Assembly: GCA_049423385.1 (NCBI GenBank)
Contig: JBMSQQ010000001.1
Span: 1-64,000 of the forward strand
Length of the DNA: 64,000 nucleotides
Direction of reading: 5' to 3'
Source: Silvanigrellaceae bacterium
GTDB taxonomy: Bacteria; Bdellovibrionota_B; Oligoflexia; Silvanigrellales; Silvanigrellaceae
Part shown: piece after piece, positions 59,505 through 64,000 of the stretch
Layout of the letters: each line of letters opens with the position of its first letter
Position numbering within the stretch: the first letter of the stretch is position 1
Translations under genes and position numbers: made by a program
Notes under the pieces: generated by a model
What the model was told of the DNA's origin: nothing
Seen by the model: only the letters and a program-made list of their open reading frames with translations
Databases searched by the model: none

Positions 59505-61502
59505 TCAGAGCAAAATCCACGCGCACAGAGCTACCACTCCGATGAAAACCAGTTTGAGATAATTGCGCACAAGTCCCGACTGGACATCGCTGAGCACCGA
59601 AGTCACGAGATAGATACCGCGCGGACCTTCGTTGATGATTCCTTCGATGACAGCCCTGTCGCCAACCTTGAAAAACACGTCCCCGACGCGCTTGAGCGGT
59701 TCGACGATGACCGCCTGATAAAGTTCGTCGATTCTCCACTTGTCGAGAATGAGGTTGTAGAGTCCGCCCACGGCCTTGGCGATCGCATCGCCTCCCTTGG
59801 GACCCGCCTTGTAAAGCGAAATGGCAAAACCACTCATGACCAACATGATCAACGTCGAAGTGCCCATCAAGCCCCATTCCAGAGCCGCAGAGCCATGACT
59901 CTCACCACGCGATGCTTCCATGACTTTCTTTGCACTTTCAAGCACCGGCGAGAGCCATTGGGTGATGAGATTTTCGTTCGCATGAATGCCAAGGACATGC
60001 ATGATGGCATGTGGCATCGAAACATAACCACCCACGATTGAAAGCAATGCCAAAAGCATCAAAGGCAGGGTCATCGCCCATGGGTTTTCATGAACCTCAT
60101 GATGATGGTGGTGATCATCGTGACCATGGCCATGATGATGGGCATGGTCAGTGCGGCTCTTTCCGAAGAAAACCAGATAGGTCAGCCGCACCATGTAAAA
60201 GCTCGTGCATGCTGCAGCGCAGGCGCCCAATGCCCACAACAATGGATGACCGAATGGTCCAGTCCACGCGTAGTAAAGAATTTCGTCTTTTGAAAAGAAG
60301 CCAGACAATCCCGGAAAGCCGATGATGGCGAGCGTGCCAATCACAAAGGTCCAACCGGTGATGGGCATCTTTTTGATGAGGCCGCCCATCTTTCGGATGT
60401 CCTGCTCGTGGTGCATTGCGTAAATCACGCTGCCGGCCCCAAGGAACAACAATGCCTTGAAGAACGCGTGAGTCATGAGGTGGGCAACACCAAATTGGAA
60501 CGCTCCCACTCCGCAGCCCAGAACCATGAAACCGAGCTGGCTGACGGTCGAGTAGGCCAAAACTTTCTTGATGTCGTTCTGAACCAGGCCAATGGTGGCA
60601 GCAAACAGCGCAGTGCATGCACCAATCACCGCAATTGTGGTCATCGCTGTTGGACTATGAACGAGCAAGAAGCTCATGCGGGTCATCAGGTAGATTCCGG
60701 AGGTCACCATCGTTGCCGCGTGAATGAGTGCCGACACGGGAGTCGGACCCGCCATTGCGTCCGGCAGCCATATATAGAGCGGCAGCTGCGCAGATTTACC
60801 CGTCACACCCAGAAGGAGGCAAAGACCAATGGCAGTGACAAGGGGAGCATTGTTGGCAGCCAATTCATTTGTCAGAGACTCGGCAATGCGTGAATAATCG
60901 AGTGTTCCAAAAAGCTTGACCGACAGGAACATCGCAATCAAGAAGCCAAGGTCACCCACACGATTGGCAACAAATGCCTTCATGCCCGCGCGTGCATTGG
61001 CCTCATCGGAATACCAATAGCCAATCAGCAAATAGGAACAGACTCCAACCCCTTCCCAACCGAGGAAGGTGACAACCATGTTGGAACCCAAGACCAGCGA
61101 AAGCATCGAAAAGACAAACAGGTTGAGATACGAGAAAAAGCGGTAGACGCCTTCTTCGTGCGACATGTATTCACCTGCATAAAGGTGAATCAAGCTACCC
61201 ACTCCCGTGATGATCAACAGCAGAATTCCAGACAGACGATCGACAGCAAGGCCGAATGGAACTTCCAGGCGCCCACCGTTGAATGGCAAAGAGATCCACG
61301 TGAACAAATCCGTTTTCACGGTTTCACCGGCGGCCACCGGACCAAAAACCAGAAAACAAGACAACACAAAAGGAATGGCGATGGCCAGGGTCGCCACGGT
61401 GACTGTCACGGAGCGCGGAACCTTGCGCAGGAAGAATCCGTTGAGCAAAGATCCCACAAGCGGAATGAGAAGTACGGCTGCCAACATCGCTTGAAAGTTC
61501 AT
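59505..61502 (-). CDS. nuoL: NADH-quinone oxidoreductase subunit L
   Basis: GWEGVG, GKSAQ.PL..WLPDAMAGPTPVSALIHAATMV, HAFFKALLFL. Confidence 0.97.
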   Translation of the reverse strand: MNFQAMLAAVLLIPLVGSLLNGFFLRKVPRSVTVTVATLAIAIPFVLSCFLVFGPVAAGETVKTDLFTWISLPFNGGRLEVPFGLAVDRLSGILLLIITGVGSLIHLYAGEYMSHEEGVYRFFSYLNLFVFSMLSLVLGSNMVVTFLGWEGVGVCSYLLIGYWYSDEANARAGMKAFVANRVGDLGFLIAMFLSVKLFGTLDYSRIAESLTNELAANNAPLVTAIGLCLLLGVTGKSAQLPLYIWLPDAMAGPTPVSALIHAATMVTSGIYLMTRMSFLLVHSPTAMTTIAVIGACTALFAATIGLVQNDIKKVLAYSTVSQLGFMVLGCGVGAFQFGVAHLMTHAFFKALLFLGAGSVIYAMHHEQDIRKMGGLIKKMPITGWTFVIGTLAIIGFPGLSGFFSKDEILYYAWTGPFGHPLLWALGACAAACTSFYMVRLTYLVFFGKSRTDHAHHHGHGHDDHHHHHEVHENPWAMTLPLMLLALLSIVGGYVSMPHAIMHVLGIHANENLITQWLSPVLESAKKVMEASRGESHGSAALEWGLMGTSTLIMLVMSGFAISLYKAGPKGGDAIAKAVGGLYNLILDKWRIDELYQAVIVEPLKRVGDVFFKVGDRAVIEGIINEGPRGIYLVTSVLSDVQSGLVRNYLKLVFIGVVALCAWILL

Positions 61503-61506
61503 GTGA

Positions 61507-61812
61507 TTATCCCCTCAATGCCTTCAAGTCATCGGCTTCAATGGATGCCTTTGAACGATATAGCGAAATGATCAGTGCCAAACCCACCGCCGCTTCACAT
61601 GCAGCAACGGCCATCACAAAAAACATGACCACCTGTCCGTCCATGGTGTTGGTCAACTTGCTTGCACAAACGAATGCGAGATTGGCCGCATTGAGCAGGA
61701 TTTCCACGCTCAACATCATGAATAGGATGTTCTTGCGGAACATCACTCCGGCGAGTCCAACCAGAAACATCAGAAAGGAAAAATAGAGACCGAGTTCAGG
61801 CAGCGTTAGCAT
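61507..61812 (-). CDS. nuoK: NADH-quinone oxidoreductase subunit K
   Basis: RKN, SVEILLNAANL, AVAACEAAVGLA. Confidence 0.96.
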   Translation of the reverse strand: MLTLPELGLYFSFLMFLVGLAGVMFRKNILFMMLSVEILLNAANLAFVCASKLTNTMDGQVVMFFVMAVAACEAAVGLALIISLYRSKASIEADDLKALRG

Positions 61813-62365
61813 TTTCGGCGCCCCTCTTCTTGGAAATCACAACTGCGCCAATCACGGCTGCCATGATAAGAAAACTGATCAATTCAAATGCCCACAAGTA
61901 TTCGACGAACATTGTGGCTGCAACGTTCTTCACGTTCTCTTCAGCCGGAAAAATCGGCCGATGCAATGCCAAGGTGGTATCCGGCTTTTGCAGACCAAGA
62001 GCTTCCACACCCGTGGTCAACAATCCATGTCCCACCTTGGTGCCGAGAGCCAAGGCCACAAGCACCGCGATGGCGGAAAGAATCATTTCACCGACCGTAA
62101 TTCCACCGTAGCGCAATTCCTCGGGTGGCAGGTTGAGCAACATGATCACGAAAACGAACACAACCATGATTGCGCCCGCGTAGACGATAATCTGGGCGGC
62201 AGCAGCAAAATGCGCATCCAGCAGACCAAACATTCCGGCAAGCAGGGTCATGACGCCAATCAAAACCATGGCTGCACTCACAGGCCAACGGCGCGTAATC
62301 ATCACGCCCGACAGCAGGACTGCCGCGATTCCCATGACGACGAAAGAAACCAAAGTCAGATCCAT
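61796..62365 (-). CDS. nuoJ: NADH-quinone oxidoreductase subunit J
   Basis: QIIVYAGAIMV.FVFVIMLL, FELIS. Confidence 0.95.
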   Translation of the reverse strand: MDLTLVSFVVMGIAAVLLSGVMITRRWPVSAAMVLIGVMTLLAGMFGLLDAHFAAAAQIIVYAGAIMVVFVFVIMLLNLPPEELRYGGITVGEMILSAIAVLVALALGTKVGHGLLTTGVEALGLQKPDTTLALHRPIFPAEENVKNVAATMFVEYLWAFELISFLIMAAVIGAVVISKKRGAENANAA

Positions 62366-62395
62366 TCAAATATCCTCGCGTTCGAAGCGATGGCC

Positions 62396-63529
62396 TTACG
62401 CCAGTCGAAGGAAAGCAACAATCAATGCCATGACCACCAGATTCACGAGCGCCACAGGCAACATGTACACCCAACCCACGCGCATCAGCTGGTCGTAGCG
62501 GAAACGCGGAAGTGTGAAGCGCACTTGAACAAACAGGAACATGAAGATGGCCACTTTAGCGATGAGAACGCCCAGGCCAATCAGAGCAGCCACCCAGGTT
62601 GCAGGCTCTGCCGTGAAGATCGGAGTCAACATTGCAACCAGTTGGCCATGCGGAAGCCAAGGAATCTCGTAGCCGCCCAAGAACACACAGGTGGTCAGAG
62701 CCGACAACGTGAACATCATCGCGTACTCGCCAAGGAAGAATAGAGACCAGCGCATGGAGCCGTATTCGACAAGGAATCCTGCAACCAGTTCCGCTTCACC
62801 TTCCGCAAGGTCGAATGGAAGCCGGTTGGTTTCTGCAAACATTGTGACGACAAACAAAACGAAAGAAATCGGCGAGAGGAAGATGCCCCACTTGGGCAAA
62901 AAGCCGATCGTTTCCGACTGAGCTGCAATCATTGTTTGAAGATCGAGTGTTCCGTAAATGAAGACCATCGGCAGCAAAGCCAATCCCATGGCAAGTTCGT
63001 AGGAAATCATCTGGGCAGAAGCGCGCAAGCCACCCAACAAGGCGTACTTGTTGTTCGAGGACCATCCAGCCAGCGCAACCCCATAGACACCCAACGCGGA
63101 CATCGCGAAGAGATAGAGGAATCCGGCATTCAAGTTCACTGGTTGCATATTGATGGTGTGTCCGGCAACGACAATTTCCTTGCCGAGCGGAATACCTTGA
63201 ATTGCGAGAAGACCCATCACCGCAGGAACAATTGGAGCAAGAATATAAAAGAACTTGTTGACGTGCTTGGGGACAAAATCCTCCTTGAACAGGAGCTTGA
63301 TTGTGTCAGCCAGGGGTTGCCCGAGGCCAAAAAGCTTGAAGCCAAACAAACCGACGCGATTGGGTCCGATACGGCGTTGAATGAACGCCGCCTGACGTCG
63401 CTCGACCCACACCATGATGGGCGCCACTTGCAATGCAATCACGAGGGCAATCGCAATTTTGCCGATGCCGGCTACCAGAGCAACGTTGCTGTCCAGAAAC
63501 TGAACGAGAGCGCTTGTTGAACCTTCCAT
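62396..63529 (-). CDS. nuoH: NADH-quinone oxidoreductase subunit H
   Basis: ERR, GPNRVG, AD..KL..KE, AQMISYE, AETNRLPFDL.E.E.ELVAG, PRFRYDQLM. Confidence 0.97.
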   Translation of the reverse strand: MEGSTSALVQFLDSNVALVAGIGKIAIALVIALQVAPIMVWVERRQAAFIQRRIGPNRVGLFGFKLFGLGQPLADTIKLLFKEDFVPKHVNKFFYILAPIVPAVMGLLAIQGIPLGKEIVVAGHTINMQPVNLNAGFLYLFAMSALGVYGVALAGWSSNNKYALLGGLRASAQMISYELAMGLALLPMVFIYGTLDLQTMIAAQSETIGFLPKWGIFLSPISFVLFVVTMFAETNRLPFDLAEGEAELVAGFLVEYGSMRWSLFFLGEYAMMFTLSALTTCVFLGGYEIPWLPHGQLVAMLTPIFTAEPATWVAALIGLGVLIAKVAIFMFLFVQVRFTLPRFRYDQLMRVGWVYMLPVALVNLVVMALIVAFLRLA

Positions 63530-63539
63530 GATGTTCTCC

Positions 63540-63905
63540 TCAATCCCAGTTCAATGCGCCGCGACGCAGGATGTAGATGTAACCAACCACGAGGGTGCCA
63601 ACAAACAGCGCGACTTCGATGATTCCAAACCATTGCAGCTGGTCGAACAACACAGCCCAAAGGTAGAGAAAGATGGTTTCAATATCGAACAAGATGAACA
63701 GGATGGCAGTCAGATAAAATTTGACCGACAGACGCTGACGCGCGGTTCCCACCGGCGTCACACCACACTCATAAACATCGAGCTTGGCCGGGTTGGGTTT
63801 TTTGGGACCCAAAAGGAAAGATGCAATCGTCGCGCCGCCTGCAATCAGCAATCCCAAAACGAGTGCGACCAAAATGGGAAGATAAGGGTTGATTGACGCT
63901 GTCAT
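63540..63905 (-). CDS. nuoA: NADH-quinone oxidoreductase subunit A
   Basis: YECG, FYL.AILFILFDIE..FL..W, GALNW. Confidence 0.96.
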   Translation of the reverse strand: MTASINPYLPILVALVLGLLIAGGATIASFLLGPKKPNPAKLDVYECGVTPVGTARQRLSVKFYLTAILFILFDIETIFLYLWAVLFDQLQWFGIIEVALFVGTLVVGYIYILRRGALNWD

Positions 63906-64000
63906 CGCCAACGCCTCCAAAAAAGTCAAAAATTGGGTGCGGCACTGGCCTTAACCCATAAACGGATCTGGAACAAGTTAACGCAGGGCACTCTCCAGAG

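Noticed and set aside
60090..60150. Poly-His stretch in NuoL
   Set aside because: His-rich loops at this position are common in NuoL

Overview
A ~51% GC bacterial chromosomal window. The many orphan lipoproteins, type IV pilin, split nuo operon and sigma28-like promoters suggest a Bdellovibrionota/Oligoflexia-like Gram-negative organism; this is inference from gene content. Housekeeping genes: nadA (truncated at the edge), hbd, lon, class II RNR (nrdJ), prc, fur, mdh, ubiE/menG, surE, a KamA-family gene, rplM-rpsI, scpA, lgt, nuoA-H-J-K-L-M-N, tRNA-Thr(GGT) and tRNA-Pro(CGG). These are interspersed with orphan secreted, lipoprotein and outer-membrane genes. No integrase, transposase, CRISPR array or prophage was seen. 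Best candidates for undescribed biology: (1) a cluster of a cytochrome c lipoprotein and two Tat substrates, the last carrying a superoxide-reductase-like 4-His site with Asp in place of the axial Cys; (2) a CheA-CheW-MCP operon whose CheA lacks the phospho-His, N-box and G2 box; (3) a glycerol-1-phosphate dehydrogenase directly downstream of lgt, whose reaction releases sn-G1P; (4) further degenerate enzymes (pyruvate kinase-like, CobU-like, ArgH-like); (5) a 36-aa Arg/Lys-rich protein missed by the ORF track; (6) a recurring sigma28-type promoter before surface-protein genes. All family calls come from reading motifs by eye; no database searches were run.
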